A stretch of 11,855 nt of DNA from Promethearchaeota archaeon (GCA_029838195.1 JALGVJ010000063.1:1-11855); one strand, 5' to 3'. Counted from the stretch's first letter, positions 1 through 7,829 are shown. Notes: a model not told the origin generated them from the sequence alone. Made by a program: numbers and translations.

Positions 1-1
1 A

Positions 2-85
2 ACCTCGACCATTGAGAAAAAATGGGCGAAATACAACCGGAAGGTAAAGAAAAGATTGGATGATAAGCCTCCTAACTCATGCTGA
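2..85 (+). CDS. 3' end of an ORF entering from the left edge (..TSTIEKKWAKYNRKVKKRLDDKPPNSC*), possibly a transposase C-terminus
   Basis: Frame is open from base 2 to TGA at 83-85. The basic tail ending in KPP resembles some transposase C-termini, and it abuts a truncated IS607-type tnpA. Only 27 codons are visible, so identity is unproven. Confidence 0.35.
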   Translation, partial: TSTIEKKWAKYNRKVKKRLDDKPPNSC

Positions 86-90
86 TCTAA

Positions 91-312
91 CTAATAATGA
101 TCTAACAAAAGGAAAAAGAACAAGAACATGAAAAGAAAAATCGTTTTTTCCCGAAGGAACGCCAAGATGCGTGCTCTCTTGTATCGTCGATGATTGCCGG
201 GTGTCTGGAAATCTGCTTTAAATTTTCCCGAGCGGTCCCACCTTCTTAAAAGTTTAGTACTGACGCCCAATAAGGAAGCAACATGTCCGATGGAGAGAAA
301 GAAAGAGCTCAT
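91..312 (-). pseudogene. Truncated IS607-family TnpA (MerR-like winged-HTH N-terminal domain only; serine recombinase domain missing)
   Basis: LSIGHVASLLGVSTKLLRRWDRSGKF..TPGNHRRY matches the MerR-like HTH of IS607 TnpA. It then runs into a Phe-rich low-complexity tail. I found no YARVS-type catalytic motif in any minus frame down to base 1. Confidence 0.7.
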
Positions 313-350
313 GAAGAATGATCAGGAAAGAAAAAAAAACCCCTTTATTT

Positions 351-410
351 TTGTGTTCAGGTCTAATTTTGTCCAAAATTGGTTTGACTAGTCGACGACT
401 GTAGTTGGTC
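351..410 (-). mobile_element. Probable IS607-type left end with ~10-bp periodic repeats
   Basis: gtctaatttt / gtccaaaatt / ggtttgacta / gtcgacgact at 361-400, with gtc at 361, 371 and 391, lies 50-90 bp upstream of the tnpA start. IS607 ends carry short direct repeats bound by TnpA rather than TIRs. Confidence 0.4.
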
Positions 411-534
411 TTTTATTAGCCGCTGCTTATAACAAAAAAACGGGTGATAATCGTAAAACAATTATTATGCGTTAATCATATTCACTTTCCTTACGTTCCT
501 TTTTACTTTAGTCGTAAATTTTATAAGCTTATTA

Positions 535-957
535 TTGCTTTCCAGTTCTGATAAAATTAACAAAGTAATTCATGAATATAGATTAGATTCTAATTCTATT
601 CCCGATATTTATATTGAAACTGATAATGAAATATTCTTTTGTGAAATTAAATTAAATAAAATTACAGAAGATTCAGTTTATCAAGCCATTCGATATTTTA
701 ATACAATTGAAAATAATTTTAAAAACCAAAAAATAGGAAAAAAATTCAATGTTTATTTAATTGGTAAACAAATTTCCGACCAATTAAGATTTTTGGCAGA
801 AAAAAATGGAATAACTATAAAAATTATTGGAAAAGATATGGATGAATCAATAAAAATATGTAAAAATTGTCGAAAAGCTTATAGTTCACGTGAATTAAAG
901 TGTAGTTTCTGTAATTCAGAAGAAGTAATGAAAATAATAAATTTATTATCATCTTAA
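535..957 (+). CDS. Small PD-(D/E)XK endonuclease-domain protein (NucS/Mrr-like catalytic motif) with C-terminal zinc ribbon
   Basis: PDIYIE...EIK...QAIRY gives the PD, ExK and QxxxY motifs, with C-terminal CKNC...CSFC. It has a TTG start and the frame is open back to 457 without an ATG, so the start is uncertain. Very AT-rich (13/60 G+C in each of lines 661 and 721). Confidence 0.75.
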   Translation: MLSSSDKINKVIHEYRLDSNSIPDIYIETDNEIFFCEIKLNKITEDSVYQAIRYFNTIENNFKNQKIGKKFNVYLIGKQISDQLRFLAEKNGITIKIIGKDMDESIKICKNCRKAYSSRELKCSFCNSEEVMKIINLLSS

Positions 958-1231
958 ATAAATTTATTAAGGTTTTGCTAAAATCCTATTGTGGGAATTT
1001 TGAAAATATTTTATTATAATTGAGCATGTCATTCATTACTTATTAAAAATTCGTTATTTTTATTCCAAGATACCATGTCTATTGAAAAAGGGAATTAAGA
1101 TGAAAATTTAGCTCTCCTTAATTTAAAAGGGAGTCTCTTGAAATTTAAATACTATATTGTTCATGTAGCTGATGGAAAATAAAAAAATTTTTTATCTTTC
1201 TCAACAATAATGAGTTTTATTAAACGAAGGG

Positions 1232-2167
1232 GTGAATGGACGATTGCGTAGAAATATTAAGTATCACGAGATTAAAAGAATTCCTTGCCCCCATTGTTTT
1301 CATCTCTGCATTATCACGATTGAATTTTGTCCCAAATGCGGAGAACCATTAAGGAAAAGCAAAGAACGAATTGATAAGTCATCTTCTTCACAATTAATAA
1401 CTCAAGAAATTACTGAAGGCGAATACCTTCAATTATTGGAAATGGAAATCGAAAAGGAAATCCCAAAAGTAAGAACCATCAATCCTGATGAACTCGGATA
1501 TCAAGAACAGGAAGGAAAGATAATTGGAATCTCCGTCCCCCACTGTAGATTAAAGTCTATTCCTCCTTTAACTTCCCATTTAAATGATTTAAAAGTTCTC
1601 TATTTGAGTCATAATCTATTAAGGTCTTTTCCCAAAGAACTACGATTCATGCCAGCTCTTGAGGAACTTTGGTTAGATCATAATAAATTGGAGTCGCTCC
1701 CATTATTCATTAACGATTTCGTCTTTTTAAAAAATCTTAATTTAAACTCAAATCATATCGAGCACTTACCAGAAACCGTGGAAGGATTAAAATCTCTGAA
1801 AAAACTCTCGCTAAGAAGAAATAACATAAAAACTATTCCAAAAGGATTTTGTCTCTTTCCCTCTTTAGAAGTTTTAAACTTGAGATTGAATAAAATTGAA
1901 AAATTGCCCAAAAGCACGTGTTTCATGCCCTTCTTAAAAGAATTAAATCTTAGTTCAAATGCACTACTTGAACTTCCGGAAGAAATCGAAAATTTAAAAT
2001 CGCTGGAGATTCTTAACGTGAGCAACAATAAATTGAAAAGCATTCCTAATTCCATTAAAAATCTCGAAAGGTTAAAAAAATTGAATTTAAAAGCTAATTT
2101 CTGGATAACCATCCCTCAAGATGTCAAAAAGAAATTAAGCGAAAATAACGTGATTATTGAACTATAA
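1232..2167 (+). CDS. Leucine-rich repeat protein with N-terminal zinc ribbon
   Basis: CPHC...CPKCG at the N-terminus, then about 9 tandem 23-aa repeats of the LxxLxLxxNxLxxLPxx type (e.g. LKVLYLSHNLLRSFP, LEELWLDHNKLESLP, LEILNVSNNKLKSIP). Confidence 0.93.
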   Translation: MNGRLRRNIKYHEIKRIPCPHCFHLCIITIEFCPKCGEPLRKSKERIDKSSSSQLITQEITEGEYLQLLEMEIEKEIPKVRTINPDELGYQEQEGKIIGISVPHCRLKSIPPLTSHLNDLKVLYLSHNLLRSFPKELRFMPALEELWLDHNKLESLPLFINDFVFLKNLNLNSNHIEHLPETVEGLKSLKKLSLRRNNIKTIPKGFCLFPSLEVLNLRLNKIEKLPKSTCFMPFLKELNLSSNALLELPEEIENLKSLEILNVSNNKLKSIPNSIKNLERLKKLNLKANFWITIPQDVKKKLSENNVIIEL

Positions 2168-2429
2168 AAGCGAAACTTTTTCAAGAGATATAATGATTGA
2201 AGCTAAAGCTGAAATGTATCATGATTCTAAAAATGCATTGAAACGTATAAAAGTGCCGGTACTCATTTTAGGAGGAGATAAGGATTTTTACTTTCCCTTG
2301 GAAAAATTTAAAGAAATGGCGGCTCTCATTCCAAATTCTCACCTAAAAATCAATCCTAATAAAGGGCATGATATATTCGAAGAGGAGCAATTTGCTGAAG
2401 ATATCTTGAATTTAATGAAAAAGAAATGA
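2157..2429 (+). pseudogene. C-terminal fragment of an alpha/beta-fold hydrolase
   Basis: LKRIKVPVLILGGDKDFYFP (acid Asp) and GH (His) motifs are present. The GxSxG nucleophile half is absent. 90 aa with a TTG start overlapping the LRR stop; first ATG at 2193. Confidence 0.75.
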
Positions 2430-2499
2430 TAAAAAGAAAAACTAAACCATGCGGGAGAAAATAAAATGAAAATAAAAAGTTGTTGAAATCAAGTACTCC

Positions 2500-3693
2500 T
2501 CACGCTTGAATCGGGTAAGTGCCGTATTCTTCTAACGCTTTACGCATCGCCAGAAAATTCTCTAATTTAACTGCAGGATTAATGCTATGCCCCGAACTTA
2601 AAATATATCCCCCGCCAGGCGCTAATTCTTTTATTAATTTCTTGGTATAATCATGAATTTCCGAAGGCGTTTTATCTGCCAAATCTTGAGGCGAGACATT
2701 TCCCATAAACGTAAGATGATCTCCGTATTTTTCATGCAACTTGAAAATATCGTATTCCGGATTAGCAGTCGTTGGTTCCAAGGGATGAATCGCATCTATA
2801 CCGGCCTTAACTAAGTCATCAAAAATTTGGGAAATTTCTCCACAACTATGTAATATGATTTTCACGCCCCTCTTGTGGGCTGCATCACATATTCTCTTAA
2901 TCCAAGGAACGACGAATTCTTTCAAGTACTTAGGATGGATTAATAGCTGAGATTTATAACCATAATCATCATAAATTAAAATTACACTATCTTCTCCCCA
3001 ATCCATAAAAGTTTTAACTAATTCCAATGCGAATTTGCCTCTATCATCAAAAATTTTTTTTATTCTCTTTTTATGGATGAGTAATCGAGCAAAATTCGAA
3101 AACCCAAACGCTTGCCACGTGGGCTCGAAAATACCCCATAAAGAGGGGATGAGATAAATGTTTCCTCCCATGGCTTGTTCCGTTTTTTTCATTTGTTTAA
3201 AATATTTTTCCCGTCGCAGATTATTTACCTCAAGGGGTTCAAAAGCCTCATATTCTTCAAGAGTAGAAAAAGCACCCGTCCGATAATATGCGATATCCAT
3301 CTGGTCAGTAGGATTTTTCCTTAAATCAAAAATTCTTCCATATTCATCAATAAAATAATCCTTATAACATTTTATCGGAAAGAGGATATATCCCGTGAAA
3401 GGAACGAGTGCTAAATCAATACCAATTTTTCTGTACAATTCCGCATGGCGCTTGAGAGTATTTTTTATATAACTCCTGGTTTCCGTCGCTCTTAAAATCG
3501 TGCTTGTCGTTTTCTCCATATCTCCCCTGCATAATTCATGCGTCTCTTCAAAACTCTTTTTTAGCCCTTGAAATACGTAATCTTCTCCATAATGATTACA
3601 AATTTTTAAATTATCAATTGAAAGCTCGAATGACGGGACTCTATCCGGCTCTTCATTATTCAAAGCCATTACTACTCTTTTCTGAGCATCCAT
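2500..3693 (-). CDS. Uroporphyrinogen decarboxylase (URO-D/CIMS-like) family protein, MtaA/CmuA-like putative corrinoid methyltransferase
   Basis: N-terminal RVVMALNNEEPDRVP, plus DDYG, ILHSCG (HxC metal motif), GIDAIHPLE, MGNV and PGGGYILSSGH at the C-terminus. Confidence 0.9.
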   Translation of the reverse strand: MDAQKRVVMALNNEEPDRVPSFELSIDNLKICNHYGEDYVFQGLKKSFEETHELCRGDMEKTTSTILRATETRSYIKNTLKRHAELYRKIGIDLALVPFTGYILFPIKCYKDYFIDEYGRIFDLRKNPTDQMDIAYYRTGAFSTLEEYEAFEPLEVNNLRREKYFKQMKKTEQAMGGNIYLIPSLWGIFEPTWQAFGFSNFARLLIHKKRIKKIFDDRGKFALELVKTFMDWGEDSVILIYDDYGYKSQLLIHPKYLKEFVVPWIKRICDAAHKRGVKIILHSCGEISQIFDDLVKAGIDAIHPLEPTTANPEYDIFKLHEKYGDHLTFMGNVSPQDLADKTPSEIHDYTKKLIKELAPGGGYILSSGHSINPAVKLENFLAMRKALEEYGTYPIQA

Positions 3694-3951
3694 TTTTCTT
3701 CTTCTATGATAATTTTTAGAAAATTAAGTATAATTAAGAATTCCGAAATAAAAATTCTTTTAAAATAAGAATAATAACCAAAGAAGAAAAATAATGGTTT
3801 TCTTTAAAAAAATCTTAAAATTTTTAGCTTCTTGAGCTCGTTCAGTATGATATAGTTTCATGAATCGAGAAAATAGTAAAACGAGAAATATTTATTAAGA
3901 TGTCTTGTCATCTTGCATTTACCTTCTTGAAAGAGAAAAAAATCATTTCTT

Positions 3952-4290
3952 TCATAATATTTCTTTTATTTTTTTTGCTAATACCTGCGCATCTTTTTCT
4001 GAAGATTCAAGAAGTTCAAATGTCTCTTTTGGGTCCACTAAAAGCGCTGCTTCTAACAATTTTTGAAGCCCAATTAGAGTGGAAAGACGTTCATTTTTCT
4101 GTAAATGAAAAATGATCCGTCCTAGTTCATTTTTCAAAATACCTTTTGGAGCATTCAAGCAGATTCGAAATAATGCTGGACAAAGCTCTTCTAAGGTTGC
4201 TTTGCTCACCTCTTTTGCAAGTACATATAACTCTCTTCTCTGCTCATCGCTCATTGACTCTATTTTCTCTTTTATTTTTAATATCTCCAT
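3952..4290 (-). CDS. Hypothetical protein, predicted all-alpha, 112 aa
   Basis: ATG start with an AGGAGG Shine-Dalgarno (cctcct at 4301-4306 on +), protein-like amphipathic helical composition, no motif recognised. Confidence 0.75.
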   Translation of the reverse strand: MEILKIKEKIESMSDEQRRELYVLAKEVSKATLEELCPALFRICLNAPKGILKNELGRIIFHLQKNERLSTLIGLQKLLEAALLVDPKETFELLESSEKDAQVLAKKIKEIL

Positions 4291-4329
4291 CTTGAGTATC
4301 CCTCCTTTTAATTTAATTTTTAATTAAAA

Positions 4330-4367
4330 ATTTTTAATTTTTTTTTATGATTTTTAATTTTTTTTTA
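4330..4367. repeat. Tandem AT-rich direct repeat, 18-bp unit, period 20
   Basis: Identical AT-only units at 4330-4347 and 4350-4367. Low complexity. Confidence 0.5.
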
Positions 4368-4782
4368 GAATGTTCTCTATTTAAAATATTGAAATTTTCC
4401 TTTATAAATCTATTGGGAAATTTTCCTCTGCGATAAATGCCATCTCTGTCATTAATGTTAATTTCACAGCCTTTTTGGGAAACTTGATGACGGAAAAAGG
4501 AAACCGTAATCTAATGAGGTGAAAATAGCTTTTTTTTCACTTCTTCAAAAAATTTTTTCCCTTAATCTTGCTATTTCAGCATTTTATATGACAGAATCAG
4601 TACAGATTATTTAAATTTAGAAAGAAAAAAATGAAATAATTGCAAAAAAAGGAAGAAAAAAATATTAAATACAAAAAATATTGAATGAAAAAATGAATAA
4701 TAATATAAAAAATATTCGATTTTAGCGTTCTTCTATAAAAAAATGATCTTATTCAAATATTTCTTTCTCCTTAAAAATAAAC

Positions 4783-4810
4783 ATATCCATGCCCCAAAAA
4801 TATCCATGCC
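4783..4810 (+). promoter_or_regulatory. Direct repeat ATATCCATGCC x2 (period 17), candidate transcription-factor site
   Basis: atatccatgcc at 4783-4793 and 4800-4810, with a degenerate third copy atacatgaac at 4821-4830. Stands out in a very AT-rich divergent intergenic region. Confidence 0.45.
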
Positions 4811-4873
4811 ATAAAAATAAATACATGAACTACAATTCAATAATTAATAACTTTTAAAGTGGATGGACTCATC

Positions 4874-6358
4874 ATGGAAAAATCTATGCAAGAATTCTTA
4901 ACCAAAATGGTCAAAAAAGAAAGACAACAAGCAAAATTGACAAAATACATTACTTCCATCGGTAGAATTCTTTTATTCTTCCTTCCGATCATCCTCGTCA
5001 TCATAACCATTCTAACTCTGATTACTTCGCTTGACATTACTCTTACAATTATCTTTTACATCGTATTAATCATCTACACCCTCAATTCTGTCATGCTGTT
5101 GCTCGGTTCAAGTTTTACGGAAAGCTCCCTAAAAATGAGACTAAATTTCGAAAGAATACGAGGACGACCCATTGACTCCCTGGAGGGCTTCAAATTGCTC
5201 GAAAAAAACGTGCGGAAAGTTACGAATCTATTGAAAATAATATCTATCATTTGTTTCGTGGCTGTTGTGTTATTCCTATTAATGATCATTTTCGGAGATT
5301 TGAATATCGGTTTCGCTGCTGCGGGATTTGCCCTGGTAGGACTAGGCCTTGCTTTACTCATACGAAGCTTGAATTTAAACATCCATGACGTTAATGGTTT
5401 ACAAGAATTTTATAAACCCACTACTCATCAAATATTTCTCGACAATTTTTTCGCTGAAATCTTCTCTAATCACTTGGATCCCGTGACTTATTTAAAATGG
5501 GACGAATATTTAGCCGAAATTGACAAGATTTTAACGCCATCGTTTGTAGAATCGGTAAAAAAGCGAGAAGCGGAAGAACTGCCCATTACATTTGCGATAG
5601 AGTCGATTCTGTTCTTATATTATTTGAAATATCAAGAGGTTATAGACGATGAGGTATTCATTAAAGAATTAAGCGAAATTATCGATACTTCATCAAAAAC
5701 ATTTGATATAAAAAAAGGCTTTAAGGTGGAAGAAGAATGGTATTTTTCGACTGCGGATATATTCAAGGTTTTCGATTACATAAAGCTCTATAATCCCGGT
5801 TTTTTCACGGTAATCGACAGGTTACAATTAGAGCTAGCTGATAATATTGCACGCATTTCAAAAGATCCCATTTACATGGATTCTTCAGCGCAGGAAGTCG
5901 TATTTAATAATGGAGAATTAAACCTGATGATCTTTTTGTACAACAATTCGCCGGAAGCGAAGAGATATCGCTTAAAAATTTCCGCTCCTGGTTTCGACCC
6001 AAAAGAAATTACATTAGATATTAATATAGAAGGAAGGGGCTCTTTTGAAATCCCCAGTGAACTAATTCCCCTAATTTCCCAAGAAGGGATCGATATTGTC
6101 AATGTTCTTTCTACAATGTTGGAAAATGGAGATACCACGTGGCTCACGTTGGAACCGAGAGAATTAGGAGAACAAACCATTCAAGTATATTTAGAATCGG
6201 AAAATGGCACTATAATTGAAGGCAAAACCAGAGTGGTGCTTGTAACGAAAGATTTGAAGACGAAAATGAAAAAGTTATCGTCGGTATTTTCGCTACTTGG
6301 CGGTTTAGCAGTTCCGCTCTCGAAAATCTTACCCGGCATGCTTGGAATTTCGATTTAA
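4874..6358 (+). CDS. Hypothetical membrane protein: 4 N-terminal TM helices, soluble helical region, beta-rich C-terminal domain, hydrophobic tail
   Basis: Hydrophobic segments ILLFFLPIILVIITILTLIT, ITLTIIFYIVLIIYTLNSVMLLLG, IISIICFVAVVLFLLMIIFG and IGFAAAGFALVGLGLALLI. ATG at 4874 preferred over GTG at 4859. Confidence 0.85.
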   Translation: MEKSMQEFLTKMVKKERQQAKLTKYITSIGRILLFFLPIILVIITILTLITSLDITLTIIFYIVLIIYTLNSVMLLLGSSFTESSLKMRLNFERIRGRPIDSLEGFKLLEKNVRKVTNLLKIISIICFVAVVLFLLMIIFGDLNIGFAAAGFALVGLGLALLIRSLNLNIHDVNGLQEFYKPTTHQIFLDNFFAEIFSNHLDPVTYLKWDEYLAEIDKILTPSFVESVKKREAEELPITFAIESILFLYYLKYQEVIDDEVFIKELSEIIDTSSKTFDIKKGFKVEEEWYFSTADIFKVFDYIKLYNPGFFTVIDRLQLELADNIARISKDPIYMDSSAQEVVFNNGELNLMIFLYNNSPEAKRYRLKISAPGFDPKEITLDINIEGRGSFEIPSELIPLISQEGIDIVNVLSTMLENGDTTWLTLEPRELGEQTIQVYLESENGTIIEGKTRVVLVTKDLKTKMKKLSSVFSLLGGLAVPLSKILPGMLGISI

Positions 6359-6379
6359 TGTAAATAAATGCTCTCATCT

Positions 6380-6445
6380 TAAATAATAGATTTTATTTTT
6401 TTCTATTTTTTTCTTTTTCATTTGAGGCTCTTTTTAATTTTTTCT
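6380..6445 (+). terminator. Oligo-T tracts, archaeal-type terminator after the membrane protein gene
   Basis: Several T5-T7 runs just downstream of the stop at 6358. Confidence 0.5.
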
Positions 6446-6784
6446 TGTTAACTGAATGTTAAAAATTTTTAATAATGCTCCGACGAAAAGCGTAGCTATC
6501 CCACCGTGAAATTTGTCCAAAAGCGAGTGATCCCATTCTACAACGAGATTAAGCGTTCTCCCGCAAAAATGGCATAAAAATAATCGTTTTTACCCAGTAT
6601 AACTTCTATGAATGAAATAGACGTGATTTAAGGCGGGAGAGAGATATTTTTATTTAATCTCAAAGATTTTGTGACCCTTTCAATGAATTTTGAAGGATTA
6701 ATAATCTTATTGCGTTTTCATTAAATATTTTTCCCTCTCGTGAGAAATGAAGTCAATTATTCATGAATTTAATTAGCACGTGTT

Positions 6785-6798
6785 AAAAATTATATATC
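6785..6798 (+). promoter_or_regulatory. Candidate BRE/TATA box (aaaaattatatatc) upstream of the metVF leader
   Basis: A-run followed by TTATATAT, about 25 bp before the start of the structured region at ~6820. Confidence 0.4.
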
Positions 6799-7137
6799 AA
6801 AAGAGTTAAATTTTTGAAGGAGCCATGGTTAGGCAATCATGTAGGTGTTTAATGGTTCTTTTTAAGGAATTGACCGTTAAAAGTGTTATACACCATAAAA
6901 GGTGATCGTGAAGAAAAGGTCGTCTAAATTCTCAAAAATGATCACTCTTATTATCGATTCTCTACTTTTTTTCCCAGATTGGATGGATGACAATTCGATT
7001 CCTTCATCTGACAAAAAAAATAGTCTCTTTTATTGCAGAATCTCGACACATTTTCTTCAAAAAAAGAAAACTATATATCATTTTCTAGATTTTATCACTT
7101 AATAAAAAGCCTAATTATTAGTTTTAGAGGAAAAAAA

Positions 7138-7809
7138 ATGGTAGTAATTACTACAAAAAAACCTGATGAAGAAGTATTTGAGGCCATCGAGAACTACAAT
7201 TTGAAAAAAATCGCACTGGTATCCTGTGGAACATGCGCTGCCTTGTGTCAAACAGGCGGAACGGAAGGTGCTAAGGAATGGGAACAAAAACTCAAGGAAA
7301 AAGGGTATGAAATCACTGCTGTCATCGTATCGGAAGATGTTTGCGATAATAGAGTGATGAAAAAGGATTTGAGAAAAATTGATGACGAATTAAAAGAATC
7401 CGATGGAATTTTAACCCTAAGTTGCGGTTTGGGTGTTCAATCAATCATCGAGGTACTTCGAAATAAATATCCCGAAAAACCTGTATTAATTTCCAACAAT
7501 ACGAAATTCATTGGCATGACCGAACGAATCGGACGCTTTTATAAACGGTGCCAAGCATGTGGAGACTGCTTGCTTAATTACACGGGAGGCATTTGTCCGG
7601 TGGCTACCTGTGCGAAAGGGCTCATGAATGGCCCTTGTGGAGGAATGGTGAAAGGAAAATGCGAAGTGGGCAATTACGAGAGGGATTGTGGATGGATTTT
7701 AATTTTTAATCGCTTGAAAGCGATTGGAAGATTAGATCTGTTTGCCCAGCTTCGAGATGCGCGAGATTGGTCAGAATGTGGCCATCAACAAGAAGTAATT
7801 TTTAGATGA
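7138..7809 (+). CDS. metV: Methylenetetrahydrofolate reductase small Cys-rich (Fe-S/Zn) subunit MetV
   Basis: SCGTCAALCQTGG, SCGLGVQ, CQACGDC, ICPVATCAKGLMNGPCGG..GKCE...CGW are typical of MetV, and the gene lies directly upstream of metF. ATG at 7138 has GAGG at 7127-7130; the TTG 7033 extension looks non-coding. Confidence 0.9.
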   Translation: MVVITTKKPDEEVFEAIENYNLKKIALVSCGTCAALCQTGGTEGAKEWEQKLKEKGYEITAVIVSEDVCDNRVMKKDLRKIDDELKESDGILTLSCGLGVQSIIEVLRNKYPEKPVLISNNTKFIGMTERIGRFYKRCQACGDCLLNYTGGICPVATCAKGLMNGPCGGMVKGKCEVGNYERDCGWILIFNRLKAIGRLDLFAQLRDARDWSECGHQQEVIFR

Positions 7810-7829
7810 AAAGAGAGGTGAAGAAAATC

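Noticed and set aside
194-391. 65-aa + strand ORF
   Set aside because: Antisense to the TnpA HTH, TTG start, no motifs.
1753-2112. 119-aa minus-strand ORF
   Set aside because: Antisense shadow of the LRR gene.
3504-4327. Three 71-aa + strand ORFs (3504-3719, 3900-4115, 4112-4327)
   Set aside because: Antisense overlaps of better-supported minus-strand genes, with Phe/Leu-rich shadow composition.
4837-6180. Minus-strand ORFs 4837-5037, 5074-5382 and 5872-6180
   Set aside because: Antisense shadows of the membrane protein gene.
6435-6590. Minus-strand open stretch reading ..LCHFCGRTLNLVVEWDHSLLDKFHGGIATL..
   Set aside because: About 50 codons with no start codon after the upstream stop. The CxxC and HGG resemblances are too short to support a gene.
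6975-7010. Eukaryote-like SECIS element
   Set aside because: Only 6 nt between AUGA and GA (no helix II or AAR loop), and no in-frame UGA selenoprotein is evident nearby.
6902-7137. 66-aa ORF 6902-7102 and the N-terminal extension of metV from TTG 7033
   Set aside because: No protein-like features; the SD site and homology start at ATG 7138.
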